Assembly: GCA_043228905.1 (NCBI GenBank)
Contig: JBHGNT010000006.1
Span: 12,648,001 to 12,712,000 of the forward strand
DNA from: Azolla caroliniana
Taxonomy: Eukaryota; Plantae; Polypodiophyta
Reading direction: 5' to 3'
DNA: 64,000 nt
The notes under the pieces: generated by a model
What the model saw: only the letters and a program-made list of their open reading frames with translations
Database searches by the model: none
What the model was told of the DNA's origin: nothing
Program-made: the position numbers and the translations under genes
In this document: in pieces, positions 10,985-22,164 of the stretch
How positions within the stretch are numbered: the stretch's first letter is position 1
How the letters are laid out: every line of letters begins with the position of its first letter

Positions 10985-12781
10985 GAAGTGTGTTGGCTTG
11001 TACTTTATCGAACACATCGGCGTAATGACGATACTTCTCGGGAAGTTGAACGGTGGATCCTTCTTTAGTGGTGCTGGAGGGGTTTATTGATATTGCAAAG
11101 AGGAACATTTCCTCCTTGTGCCCTTCTTTACGCAACTGACGTAGCGAAATGGTTGCCATCTTCTGAGTTGACCCTTGGGTTTGTTGACACCGGATTTCTC
11201 TTGTTCTCCAATCTATGTCTGGGTTATGTAACTCGAACCACGGTAATCCTAAAACTATGGGATGTTCTGGGATACTAATAATATTAAATGATACTACACA
11301 TGCTAAGTTATCTAGGACAATATTAATGGGCTCTGACTCTTCTATGATATTTCCGGAAGCAATGGGACGTCCATCAATGATTACTACAGAGGCTGGACAC
11401 TGGAGTTTTCTTAGGGATATCTTATGAGCTTGAGCAAATTTGTCATCCATAAAGCAAGAGTTAGCTCCGGAATCTAGGAGTGCTAGGACATGTACTGGAG
11501 GGGTACTTTTAGTACTAACTATTACTTGGGCTACGAACACATCACTAACTTGCTTAGAGGGAATGGAACCACTAATGGGCTGCACAGATCTAGGGTTGTC
11601 CAACCAAACGGCTCCTATTTTGGCTGGACTTAGTCGTTTAACTCTTCTTCTAACTGACTAAGGACATCAAATCTGTTTGCTAGATCTGGGCTATTAGGAC
11701 TATTAGGACTATTAGATATCCCTACTGAAATAGGCTCGGGTTTAGTACAATTAGAACTAGCGACTATTTGGTTTACCTGTCTTCTTGGCCTATGGGGGCA
11801 ATTTATTGCAATATGTCCTGGTCCACCGCAGTAAAGACATAGTCGATTTGTACGGCGTCACTGCTTTTCTTCTTCGGATAATGGCCCTCAACGACGTGTA
11901 GTGTCAATCTCCATCGGAGTCGGAGTATTCGCTGGAGGCGCATTATATGACTCCCTCAGAAAAGGTCTTGCTACCACTGAGGCGTAGGTGGGCTCTGATC
12001 TTGCCCTCGGCATCTGTAGTTGTCGTTCTGAACGTCGCTCAAAGAGGCGGTTGTCACATCTCACCGCACGACTGATTGCTTCTGTTAAGGACTTTGGCTC
12101 TTCGGGGAAGGTCAAGAGTAAATCCTTGACGTCGTTGCGTAAACCATAACGGAATTTCTCCATCAACGCTTGATCATCCCAAGGGATATCGGCGGCGAGT
12201 AGGCGAAAATCTGCAGCATATGCGGAGGCTGGACGGTCACCTTGGCGTAATCGCCGAATTTTGTTGATTGCGGTCCTGATGCTGTCAGTATCTCCGAAAC
12301 ATGCTTTAAACTCACCTAGAAACTCTTCAAAATTGTTGAGTAACGAGGATTCCTTTTCTAATAGTGGAGCGAACCATGTCAACACTGAGCCACTTGACAA
12401 AGCGCTTACTAAACCCACTCGTGATGCTTCGGTGGGATACTGAGAAGGATGCATTTGAATAACTAATCATACCTGGTTAAGGAACCCTCTAAACTGCGAT
12501 CGCATTCCATCGAACTTCGTGGGAAGGCCAATCTTGGGTTCTTTATGAATCCCTTGTGTTCTGGGCCCTTGTTGTTGCATCGCTACAATGGTTGCTTCGA
12601 GTTGTTGCACGCGTAACGCAAGTTCCCCATGTTGTTGTTGCGTTTGCTGCTTTTCTAAGGAGATTTGCTGAAGATCCCCCAGCAACCGTTTGTTTTCTTG
12701 TTCCAAAGCATGGAACTTCTCTTTCAAGCATTGAAATTCCGAGAAAACAAATTGATATTCTTCAGCGCTAACAGTGGCCAT
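10985..12781 (-). pseudogene. gag and protease of B1
   Basis: ORFs 12467-12781, 11888-12454 and 10923-11603 (LLDSGANS); internal stops. Confidence 0.88.
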
Positions 12782-12834
12782 GGGATGAAAGAAAAGAGGA
12801 ATAAGAGATTAGTAGGAAATGAGAGAGACAGAAG

Positions 12835-14586
12835 GTAGGATTAATGTCCGCTTCACGTGAAGTGGATGATGGAGTTGCTACTATTGCGAAGACGAACATG
12901 ACCTCGTTCCCCCCTTCCTCCTGCAATTGTCGTAAAGAGATGGTCGATAACTCTGGGGATCTATTATCACATGTAGGAGAGAGGGATGCGGGGTTTGTGC
13001 TTTTTTCCTAGGTCTCCTCAATTGTTCTTTTCATCCAATCAATCTTCGGGTTATGAAGTTCAAACCAAGGGAGACCTAGAACTATTGGGTGTTCTGGACT
13101 ACGAATAATGTTGAAAGAGATTATGGTTGCCAAATCGCCAAGAACTATCCTAATTGGCTCAGACTCCTCGACTATATCTCCTGATGCTATGGGACGTCCA
13201 TCAATGACTCCTACGGCTACTGGGCTGGGAAGCTTATTCAAGAGGATGTTTTGTGACAAGGCAAATTCACGATCCATGAAACAACAGTTGGCTCCAGAAT
13301 CTAGGAGGGCAAAGGCTAAGACTCGATGACATGTAGATGTGGTAAGCTCGACTTGTGCTGAAAAAACTCTACTCACTTGATTTGATGAAATGGAACCACG
13401 ACTAGGAACTAACTCTACATAGCTAGGATGGTCCAGCCAAATGGCTCCTATTTTGGCTGGACTTACTCGTTTAACACATCCTCTAATTGGCTCAAGACAT
13501 CGAATCTATTCTCATGGCATGGACTATGAGGCTTACTTATGTTATTAGAAGTAACAACAGAACTCGATGAAGGGTTTTCATGGGCACTTACTTGGTATAC
13601 TTGACGCCTAGGTTTATGTGGACAATTTACAGCTATATGTCTTGGACCGCCACAATATAGGCAGAGGCGATGCGCTCGACGTCGTTGCTTCTCAGCATCT
13701 AATAATGACCCACAACATTGTGTTGACTTTATTTCCATCGGAGTTGGGCCATCCCTTGTAATGGACTAGAAACTTGTGGAGGCGTTGCGACTATGGAAGC
13801 ATAAGTCTGCACAGGTTGGCAGCGTAACATTTGTTGGCACTCAGAACGTCGCTCAAATAGGTAATTATCACATCGCATGGCTCAACTAATGACTTCTGTA
13901 AGCGACTGCGGATCTTTAGGGAAAGTAAGAAGAAGATCTTTGACATCATTTCGCAAACCTTGACGGAATTTATCCATTAAGGCCGCCTCATCCCAAGGGA
14001 TATCGCATGCCAAGAGACGGAAATCAGCTGCATAAGCCGACGTGGGACGATCTCCTTGTCAGAGCCTTCGAATTTTGTTTATCGTTGTCCTAGTGTTGTC
14101 GGTGTCTCCGAAACTAGCTTGAAACTCTTTAACAAATGCCTCGAAATCCTCTAGCAATGGTTCTTTCTTCTAGAGAAGTGGTGTGAACCATGCTAACGTC
14201 GTACCGCATAGCAAAGTTCCCACTAATCCCACACGAGCAGCATCAGTTGGATACCGATTAGGATGTAGCTGAATAACTAGGCAAACTTGATTCAAAAAGC
14301 CTCGAAATAAAGACCTCGTACCATCAAACTTGGCAGGGAGGCTGATCTTTGGCTCTCTACGGGAGTTCTAAGCCCCCGACACTTGCTCTCGTAATGACAA
14401 TATAGTCGCCTCGAGTTGATGAACCCGTTGTGATAACTCTTCATATTGTTGAGCTTTTTCGGCGCTCACTTGTTGTAGGTCTCCAAGTAGCCTTTGATTC
14501 TCATGCTCTAATGCCACAAATTTATTTGTGAGCATGTCGAGCTCAGAAAGAACACACATGTATTCTTGTTTGCTCACAGACTCCAT
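12835..14586 (-). pseudogene. gag and protease of A
   Basis: ORFs 14368-14586, 13463-13738 (CLYCGGPRHIAVNC) and 13008-13376 (LLDSGANC). Confidence 0.85.
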
Positions 14587-14672
14587 AGCTTACGAGGGGA
14601 GAGGAGAAGGAAGAAGAGAACTTGTTAGGGTTTGTGGAAGACAAAGAGATGAAAGGAAAAAATTGGTTCAAA

Positions 14673-15121
14673 GAGAGAGAAAGAGAGATAGAGAGATAAT
14701 TGAAAGAGAATTATTATATTGAAGAGTAAAATGGATTACAAAGAGTAGGCTACAAAATGGCGTTGAACCAATTTAGGTTTGGGATGAGTGGTAGATCCCT
14801 ATTTATAAGTAATAGAGAACACTCTAGAATATTCTAGGTTATCCTAGAATCTAGAGTAATCTAGAAGATTGCTAGAGTATTCTAGAAGGTTCTTGTGGTA
14901 TAGAACACTCTAGAATATTCTAGGTCATTCTAGAATGTAGAGTAATATAGAATATTCCTATGATATAAGATTTCATATTCTTAACATTATACATATAAGA
15001 ATATTAATACAATGGTTAAGGATTTGACATGTGTACAACGAGGTCATGGGTTCAAATCCTTTCGAGTCATAATGTGAGTGTCATGATTTTTTCGATGCAT
15101 GATGTGAGTGTTATCATGACA
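14673..15121 (-). repeat. 5' LTR of A (inner U5 end apparently deleted)
   Basis: Matches 1-269. Self-priming PBS at 14660-14671 is followed by GA repeats instead of a TGT terminus. Confidence 0.75.
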
Positions 15122-16736
15122 CTCCTCTACACCTGGGAATCTTCCTGGGTTCGACATCATTACTGACACCTTTGTTCTTCTTGAGGTGTCGGCAGTCCTT
15201 CTGGAAGTGTCCAGGTTTCCCGCAATAGAAGCCTACACCTGGGAATCTTCCTGGGTTCGACATCATTACTGACACCTTTGTTCTTCTTGAGGTGTCGGCA
15301 GTCCTTCTGGAAGTGTCCAGGTTTCCCACAATAGAAGCATGTTAGCTTTCCTCTAGACTTGGATCTGCCATGGGACTTTTCCCTTCTTTGTGGACTTCTC
15401 TGTTTGTTCCTTCCTCTATCAGTATGTTGAGTCAAGTCAGACTCCGACTGGGACAGGACACCCTTGTCCTTCCTTCTTGTCTCCTTGTTCAAGATGCTTG
15501 TCTTTACCGCTTGTAGAGACAAGTTCTCATCTTGACACGAGGTGTTGCAAGTCAGCACCAGATTCTCCCAGCTATCCAACAAGGTACACAGAAGTAGGAT
15601 GGCCTGCATTGCATCCTCAAGGGGAAACTTGGTTGCCGCAAGTTGGTTCACATACCCCATGAATGTGCTTACGTGCTCGACTATGCTTTCCCTATCCTTG
15701 TATTTCAACCTCACAATCTTTCTCATCAAAGATGTTTTGTTGAGGGTGTTCTTCCTCTCATATAGACCTGACAGCTTCTGCCACATCTCATTGGCATTTG
15801 TGTCATTCGCCACATGTTGAAGAACACTTACGTCGATGCACTGTCTGATAGTGGCCACCGCCTTCCTGTTCAGGAGTTTCCGTTCAGACTCTAACACCCC
15901 CGTGGGTACTTTTGCAGTGTCAATGGGTTCGTACAGGTCTTTGACTATGAGAAGGTCTTCCATCTTTATCTTCTAGTCTACATAGTTCTGAGAGTTTAGA
16001 ACTATCATACCTGGGATGCCGCTCACACCTCCTTCCATCTTTCACCTCATTTCTCTGATACTAGTTTGTTGAGATGGGATTGTAGATTTACAAACAAGAT
16101 ACGTTGAAACGTATAGACAAAATGCAAAGAACATAGAGACACACAGAGTCCCTAAACAAGGAAAACCATGGGAACAAAGATTCCGCTATACAAACAGAGA
16201 GCACAAGAATGGTTACAACTCTTCTCTGATACTCAGAGGATAACCCCTTAGGGTTCTTAGCATGTTCATTGAACTCTATTGTCGCTCTCTCTCCAACGCT
16301 CACACGCTCACCTCTCTGCAACTCACAGCTACAAAAACTCTAATCTGTATCTACTATTCTACACTTCTGTTCTGCGTTCGCAACTTTTATGTTTGCCCTA
16401 ACTGTATTTATACTTATACACGATATGCACTATTTACAAATGTAGTCCCTACTACTTTCATTCCTATTATTATACTAATAATAATAGCAGTTAATAAGCC
16501 AACTGATGTACTAGTCGATTCGACTAGCTGACTCCAGTGTCGATTGTCTAGTCGGCCCGACTAGTTGTTCTTATCTTTGACTTGGATCGTCTGTTGTCGA
16601 CTCTCTCTCAATCGACTCTCCATGTCCTAGATTGTCAGCTACGGCTTGTCCGACCAGTTAGCTACGGCTTGTCTTCGATTGTCGGCTCTTGGTTCGACCA
16701 ATCGGCTCCTCCCATAGGAGGGACATCTTCCTAACA
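15122..16736 (-). mobile_element. Ty1/copia element E1, 5' part (LTR 16067-16736, degenerate tRNA-iMet PBS, gag), interrupted by A
   Basis: TGTTG...CTAACA LTR; TAGTATCAGAG PBS; gag ORF 15160-15963 with CFYCGKPGHFQKDC. Confidence 0.85.
15127..15338. repeat. 106-bp tandem duplication of the copia zinc-knuckle segment
   Basis: 15127-15232 and 15233-15338 differ by one mismatch. Confidence 0.9.
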
Positions 16737-17495
16737 CAATCTTGGGTTCTTTAGTGATCCCTTGAATACTTGGTCCTTGTTGCTACAACAACACGATAGT
16801 TGCTTCTAGTTGTTGCACGCATAATGCCAACTCTCTATGTTGTTGTTGCGTTTGCGGTTTTTCTACATAGATTTGGTGAAGATCCCCCAACAAACGTTGA
16901 TTTTCTTGTTCCAATGCTACAAATTTTTCTTTCAAGCACTGAAATTCAGAGAAGACAGATTGGTATTCTTGTGTGCTAACAGTTGGCATTTAGTATTAGA
17001 GGAAGGAAAGATAAGAAGATTAATATTAGAGGAAGAGAGGATAAGAAGATGGGAAATTTGGTTCAAACTGTCCGGAACAGTACTCGAAGCAAAGAGAATT
17101 AGTACTAGAGATGTAGAGAACAGAGGAAAGACTATGTGAGGATCATGAGAGAGATAGAGAGAGAGGAAAAGAAAGAATGTGGAAGAGGGAAGTATGATAA
17201 CAGAAAATATATTATATGAAGAAGAGTACAAAGATACCTATGAGGTTTAAGACGGGTGTTGAACTGAATTGGTTCAAAGTAATGCCATATGCCTCTATTT
17301 ATAGGATTCTCGGGAGTATTCCTGAAATTTCTAGAATGTTCTAGAGTAATCTAGAATATACATAATTTTCTATAATGAAATAACAAATGAAAATAATATC
17401 TTTTGTATTACAATTGTAATCCTATGGTATGGCCTCGAACTGTATAACATAAGGTGAGTCACGGATTCAATTCCTTTTGGGGCCATATCATGACA
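16737..17495 (-). mobile_element. Chromovirus B2 (B family): 5' LTR 17069-17495, self-priming PBS, gag start; interrupted by E1
   Basis: gag MPTVSTQEYQ is homologous to B1 MATVSAEEYQ. LTR is related to, but clearly diverged from, 1990-2417. tRNA-like module at 17417-17485. Confidence 0.85.
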
Positions 17496-19060
17496 ACAAC
17501 TCACTGAGTGCCGTCTTGTACCCATCTTCAGCTAGCATGCCGATGGAGACAAGACTCCTATTCAGATCGGGTATGTGCCCGGACTTGGCGCATGGTGATA
17601 AGACTTCCATTCGGTAGTCGAATGGGTATTTCACCTCTTTCGGCGATTCGGCACTCCTGTCCATTGCCGAGTCAGACTAAGCCATTGTCAATTGAATAGT
17701 CCGAAAACCATTCTTTGTGGGGGTCACATGGAAGGTGGCGCCCGACTCGAGCAGCCAAGTCTGTGCATCTTGTGTACTAAACGAGATCTCTCTAGTCGAC
17801 AAGCCTTCTAGTGAAAGGACTTCTCCCAACCGGGATTCGGCAACATGTATCTGGTTTTTGGTTGAGGGGTGATTCAAGTCAGAAGAGCCAGTATACTGAT
17901 CGAATTTTCGCCTTTCTCCCCTTATTGTTTAACAACCAACAATCGGATATGTTGTGGCCGGCCTTTCTACAATGTGCCCAGTAGACGATTGGCATTCCAC
18001 TTCTCAACTTCGACCGCTGTCAGTCGTTCCTCTTCGGCCGGTTCTCTAGACCATTCCCTCGAAGAAGTGAGCTTCGGTGCTATCATCGATGGTGAGGCCC
18101 ATCGATTTCCTTCGAAGCTCTTTCGACAACACCGGTCCAATCGCTTCGTCCAACGTTAGCGTCGATGAGCTATTAGTGATGGTTGTGCAAAAATCTTCCC
18201 AAGTCAACAGGAGGCTCGAGAGAAATGAACGTGCCTTGATTTCCTCTTTGAAATTCAAACCTTGCAAGGTGAGTTTGGTCAACACCCGACTGAAGGTGTT
18301 GATATGGGAGGTTGTCAGCTCAGCCTCCCTCATCTTCATGTTAAACAATTGCCGAATCAAAATGAGTTTTGACGAGCTCAACTTCTTCTTGTACATAGAT
18401 TGTAACTTTTCCCATAGGGCGAATGTTGTAGTCTCTTTAGCCATGCTGAAGTAGACGTTTGCGGCCAAGTGTATTCACATGGTCGACCTCATTATTTCAT
18501 CAAGTGATCGACATTCCTTTTCTTTTATCGATACGGACTTGTTGTTGTGCCGAATCACCTCAGTTTGACATCTGTTGATCAACACGTCCTGCATTATCTC
18601 CTTCCAAAGGACAAAACTTTTGCCGTCAAATTTTTTGATTTCACAACTTGTGTTGGATGTTGAAGCCATAGTTCTTTTGGAGGTGTTTGTTGGCTTCGTC
18701 CTTTCCTTCAAGCTTCTTCTTATTGTATTGATGTTGCTCAGGTTCCAAGACCTGCTCTAATACTAGTTGATGGCAACTATATGGTGCCTTGTCGACTTGT
18801 GTGGTGAGGTTGGTCAACTTATGCGAAATATGTATATAGATCTTGATTGTAGGAACTAGAAAACATGAGACAAGTAAAGATATGGAGTATTGTTCAATCA
18901 CAAGAAAGATATACAGAGAATGAGAGTGAAAGACAATTACGTGGTTCTTCAAGATAAAGGTAGTTTATTCAAAATCCCACCAAACATATTACAAGACTTA
19001 GTTCCCTCTTATTTATACTTAGGGTAACTAAGCCCTAACTATGAAAGGGTGTTCACAGTA
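17496..19060 (-). mobile_element. Degenerate Ty1/copia F (gag-protease, PBS ~18754-18765, LTR from 18768)
   Basis: IKKFDGKSF, LWEKLQSMY and WLLESGATFH motifs; TAGTATTAGAGC PBS. Confidence 0.75.
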
Positions 19061-19071
19061 AGGGACAAATG

Positions 19072-19600
19072 GGTGGAGTAAGACCTTTAGCGCAACACCT
19101 AAGTGGATGGAAGAAAGGGTTATAATGATATGGGGTTTTCATTACCTGGTGGTTTCATGTGATCAAGGCAGTTCGGTGTTTTCGATTGATGCTACGAGTG
19201 GAGTAAGACTTTTAGCCCAACACATAAGTGGATGGAAGAAAGGGTTATAAAGATATGGGGTTTTAATAAGCCCATTACCTGGTGGTTTCATGTGATCAAG
19301 GTAGGTCGGTGTTCTCGACTGATGCTACAAGCTAAAGTATTCATTTGGAGAGTTATGGTTGGAGCTTTACCATTAGGGGATGCATTAAAGAAAAGAAACA
19401 TTGAGAGAGGAACGTGCTTCTTTTGTTCGGTGGAATTGAAACATAGTAGGCATCGATTTCTTTCATGCCCGATGGTTTGGAGGTGTATCAATTTAGTGTG
19501 GATGTCTCGAATTGGAATAAGCCTATTGTGTTTTTGTAGATATGAAGAACAATGAACCAATGCCTCATTTCCAAATTATTATTGAGTTCCTCTACATTCG
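19072..19600 (+). mobile_element. L1-type LINE 3' fragment (zf-RVT-like domain) with a ~125-bp tandem duplication
   Basis: KVFIWRVMVGALP..CFFC..H..LSCP pattern in ORF 19232-19555. Confidence 0.7.
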
Positions 19601-19644
19601 ACAGTAGCATTTAGTGAAATAAGATATATTTACAGAGAGGTGAG

Positions 19645-19710
19645 AAAATTGGGTTTCGAACCCAAGATATAATGCTAGTAATGTAAACAACTTACCAACA
19701 ATATTAGCTT
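19645..19710 (-). other. Orphan tRNA-like / SINE-head-like A/B-box module
   Basis: On -: TAATATTGTTGGTAA ... TTGGG-TTCGAAA-CCCAA, a perfect T-arm, with 44-nt A-to-B spacing. Confidence 0.55.
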
Positions 19711-21811
19711 CAAATATGGTTATATTTTATTATTGTCCATACTAGGGTTCACGAAGCACAACAACAAGCCCACGTGTTGAAAGGAAATCTAATTTGACAT
19801 GTCGCACAACAAAGCTTTGACCTTTTCATCAAGGGTGTTACCTTTTGTGAAATATCTTTAAAAGGCTCTAGCAAGTTTACCTTGCCATAATATTTTTACT
19901 ACTCGAATAGGGACATCAAGGATTTTTTATACCATGGTGTTTTAAATGCACACATTATTTTTGAGATAGAAAATTTTTATTATCATTTTCGATGGTCAAA
20001 TATGGCCTATGTGACCAAAAATATAACATTTTCACATAATACATGTGAAAGTGAGTAGCGACTCTCTAGATGTTCAAGAACTTGAATGTCACAATCTGGT
20101 GTGCACACTCTACATGTGAGAGAAAAGAGGCACACACACATAGAGAAATACACACAAAGAGAGATGTTATGTATTTACATATATACGAAGGATGTCCTTG
20201 ACTATTGTGGATGCATTAATTATACCTAACATACATTCTACATATGCTCAAGAATATTTTATCTCTACTTGCAAATGTTTCCTATAAAGTAAGTCAAAAC
20301 ATCGTGAAATTAAGCATACTACTACAAATGGGTATTGGTTTACTACAAATACACATATTCCCTCTGGGTAGATTTTGGCAACTTGTATATCCTACCTAAA
20401 TAACAATGTCAAAAAAATCAAAGGGAATATTCTATGTTTTCAAATAAATAAAATGAAAATTCTCCAAAATTAGATGAAAGAAATCCAACTATTGGAATCG
20501 TTACATGGATACTTGAAGGAAAAAAGAGAACCCTATTCTTGATTGGAAATTGCTAGTGTTAATTGTTGAGAAATAATTGCATTGTTCATGTTGTTTTTGA
20601 TTTGGCTGTTGGCTTAGAAAGAAAGGGTGTGGGTGAGTTTACGTTGCATATTCTAGACTCATGGGGAATACATCTGTAAGGTTATCAAAAGACAAGGCAA
20701 GAAAGCATGCATAATTGGCTTCATTGAACTTACATTCATGAAATGTACACACATGCAAACAAACACATTGAGAAGATAGCCTTGAAATGTGTTTTGGAAC
20801 ATGTAGAAGGCATGTTGAAATGGTAGGTCGTTCGTGGCTTTGAATCTTGAGAATGGAGCATGATGTTAGGTATTGTATTGAGTTTGAGATCACGTACACA
20901 CGCAATTTGCTCCGGCCTTTACAAATCACTTTTGAAAACTAAGACTGAAGGATTGAAAACAGTAACATCATCACCTTAATGATGACACATCCATGTGTTG
21001 TGGGTTTGTAAAGGCAACCCTCTAGCTGGAAATTGAATTGAGTGGAAAATTACATTTTGTTATTATTCTCTTTAATGTTCAATGTTATGGGGTTTTGGGG
21101 GTTGCTAGAGGTAAGCAGTAGGTGGAATTTTGACTCTCATGGAAAATATACATAGTCATGCACAATTGAAGATTTGAATCTAAGTTTGGCTTGTATTGAG
21201 AACATTATTATAATCTCAAGATGACTCGGTGTGCATTCATGGTACAAACATGGATAAAGATCATCATTATTGACATGCACATTCATGTTGCAAAATTACT
21301 CGTTGGGTTGAATAATGAGAACATTGTGATTTGTGATCACAAATTCTAACACACATGAATGCACTTAAAGAGTTGACGTTACGTAAAGTGTCCTCTGTCC
21401 TATTTGTACGGGAGCTGCCTTTTTTCTTTCTTTCTTTTTACTAACGAAGTGAGAAGATGTGGATAAGGGATTTAAGAAGACGCGGAGCGGAGGATGACAA
21501 GGCAATGACAATTGCAACTTGCCCATACGAGAATACATCAAGTTCTATGGAAATGCATGGAATGGAGGAGAGAAGTACATGAGAGATACAATGACTCGAG
21601 TCATCAACCATGTGCATAATGCAATCAAAATGGTTAGGTTACGGGATGAAGAAATCGAGGCGATCCAACAAACAACACATTGGTATAGAGAAGGCTGAAT
21701 CCTCGAGACATATATGACAGCCAAAAGCTTTCATTAACAAGCGAAAGCATGAGGCGATGATGATCAGTAGATCGACAAGTCAACGGAGACTCAAGTACAT
21801 ACATACATATG

Positions 21812-21941
21812 TATATATATATATATATAACTCACGTGGACGGCTGTGGGTCGGTCCTTCTCTGCTTTGTCAGGCCAAGGAAGGAAGGAAGGTGGGTGGA
21901 TTGGATGGACCTGCTGCTCCTCTAAAGAAGTTCTCATTCCT

Positions 21942-21972
<31 letters not shown>

Positions 21973-22005
21973 CTCTCTCTCTCACTCTCTCTCCACACAC
22001 ACAAA

Positions 22006-22054
<49 letters not shown>
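21812..22054. repeat. Compound (TA)n, (CA)n and (CT)n microsatellites in the trehalase promoter/5' UTR
   Basis: Directly visible. Confidence 0.9.
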
Positions 22055-22164
22055 ATTTTCTCTTTAGTTACGTTCTTTTTTATTATTCTTTCTTCCTCCT
22101 CCTTCTCCTCGCTCCTCGCTCCTCCTCCCTCCCTCACTCACTCCTCGCTCCTTCCTTGGTGGCC

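Larger units (their letters stand above)
1990..12835 (-). mobile_element. Ty3/gypsy chromovirus B1, inserted in A; 5' LTR deleted; interrupted by C
   Basis: 3' LTR 1990-2417 (TGTCAGG...CATGACA); pol 2410-5348 continuing at 10985-11635; gag 11630-12781; leader fused to the A protease region at ~12835. Confidence 0.9.
1..15121 (-). mobile_element. Ty3/gypsy chromovirus A (Tcn1-like), degenerate, host of nested elements B1 and C
   Basis: Matching LTR copies at 1-269 (3' LTR, runs off the window) and ~14673-15121 (5' LTR), both ending TCATGACA on +. PPT AGGGGTATAG at 270-279 on -. gag/protease at 12835-14586; integrase+chromodomain at 262-1989; RT/RNaseH deleted. Confidence 0.88.

Noticed and set aside
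14623-14630. TGTTAGGG as the inner end of the A 5' LTR
   Set aside because: The self-priming PBS lies at 14660-14671, so the true LTR end must be to its right.
1990-17495. LTRs 1990-2417 and 17069-17495 as one element's LTR pair
   Set aside because: They are too diverged, have no shared TSD, two separate gag starts exist (12781 and 16989), and the nesting order contradicts it.
21757-22164. N-terminal 136 aa of ORF 21757-22728 as coding
   Set aside because: It translates (TA)n, (CA)n and (CT)n microsatellites; the ATG at 22165 has a strong GCCATGG context.
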